This document shows, in pieces, positions 63,621 through 64,000 of a stretch of DNA of 64,000 nucleotides. The position numbers and the translations under genes are program-made. The stretch's first letter is position 1. The number at the start of each line of letters is the position of its first letter. The DNA is from Convolutriloba macropyga (taxonomy: Eukaryota), in assembly GCF_964194025.1 (NCBI RefSeq), contig NC_134478.1, positions 6,820,001-6,884,000 of the forward strand, written 5' to 3'. The notes below the pieces were generated by a model. It saw only the letters and a program-made list of their open reading frames with translations. It ran no database searches and was not told where the DNA came from.

Positions 63621-64000
63621 TGACTTCTTCCGATCGTTACAATTTGATGATTAGAAAATCCTAGCTGCACAGAAAAAGTATTGGGAAGTGCAGGTACATG
63701 CCATCTAGATGCGGGTTGAAGGAAAGAAAGTAATTTCAAATCCCCAGACGCACGGGCCATATTTTAACATGATGATTTACCATGTAATGGCACGTGCTCT
63801 ATAACTGGGGGGGGGGGGGGGTGGGGGAGCGCATAACGTACGGGGGGGGGGGGGACAAATCGGAAAAGATCCTACAAACAAATGGGATGCATGGAAATTT
63901 GCAAAATATATTTAAATTCATGTATCACATGGCCTGAACTGGAAAATGTACTTAGAGGAGCCTTTCACAAAAGCAAATAAGGTTCTATCTTCTGGAGCAA

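Noticed and set aside
39062-63854. Long poly-G/C runs (39062, 59288, 60406, 63806, 63842)
   Set aside because: G-quadruplex-prone but associated with repeats; no evidence of function, and homopolymer lengths are unreliable.

Overview
AT-rich, repeat-dense eukaryotic (metazoan-like) genomic DNA with spliceosomal GT-AG introns. It contains four co-oriented minus-strand protein-coding genes: a WIPI3/WDR45B-like PROPPIN (3 exons, 60113-42123), IQCD/DRC10 (4 exons, 41188-31147), mitochondrial acyl carrier protein NDUFAB1 (3 exons, 20226-15358) and CNOT10 (2 exons, 9654-7040). Each predicted start codon has a TTTCAG splice acceptor 2-12 nt upstream. Between DRC10 and NDUFAB1 lie six copies (three apparently intact) of a ~205-nt minus-strand sequence that folds by eye into a box H/ACA RNA with U17/snR30-like architecture but altered m1/m2 motifs. 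The rest is mobile DNA: the decayed 3' half of an LTR element carrying a chuvirus/gB-like envelope gene (1-5.7 kb), a full-length decayed APE-RT LINE with a 2A-like peptide and PHD finger inserted at the same target as a CRE-type LINE, two Helentron-type non-autonomous families, TGT..ACA-ended DNA elements, CR1 fragments, and 485-bp and ~1.44-kb tandem arrays. All calls come from reading and manual translation; no database searches or folding programs were run.
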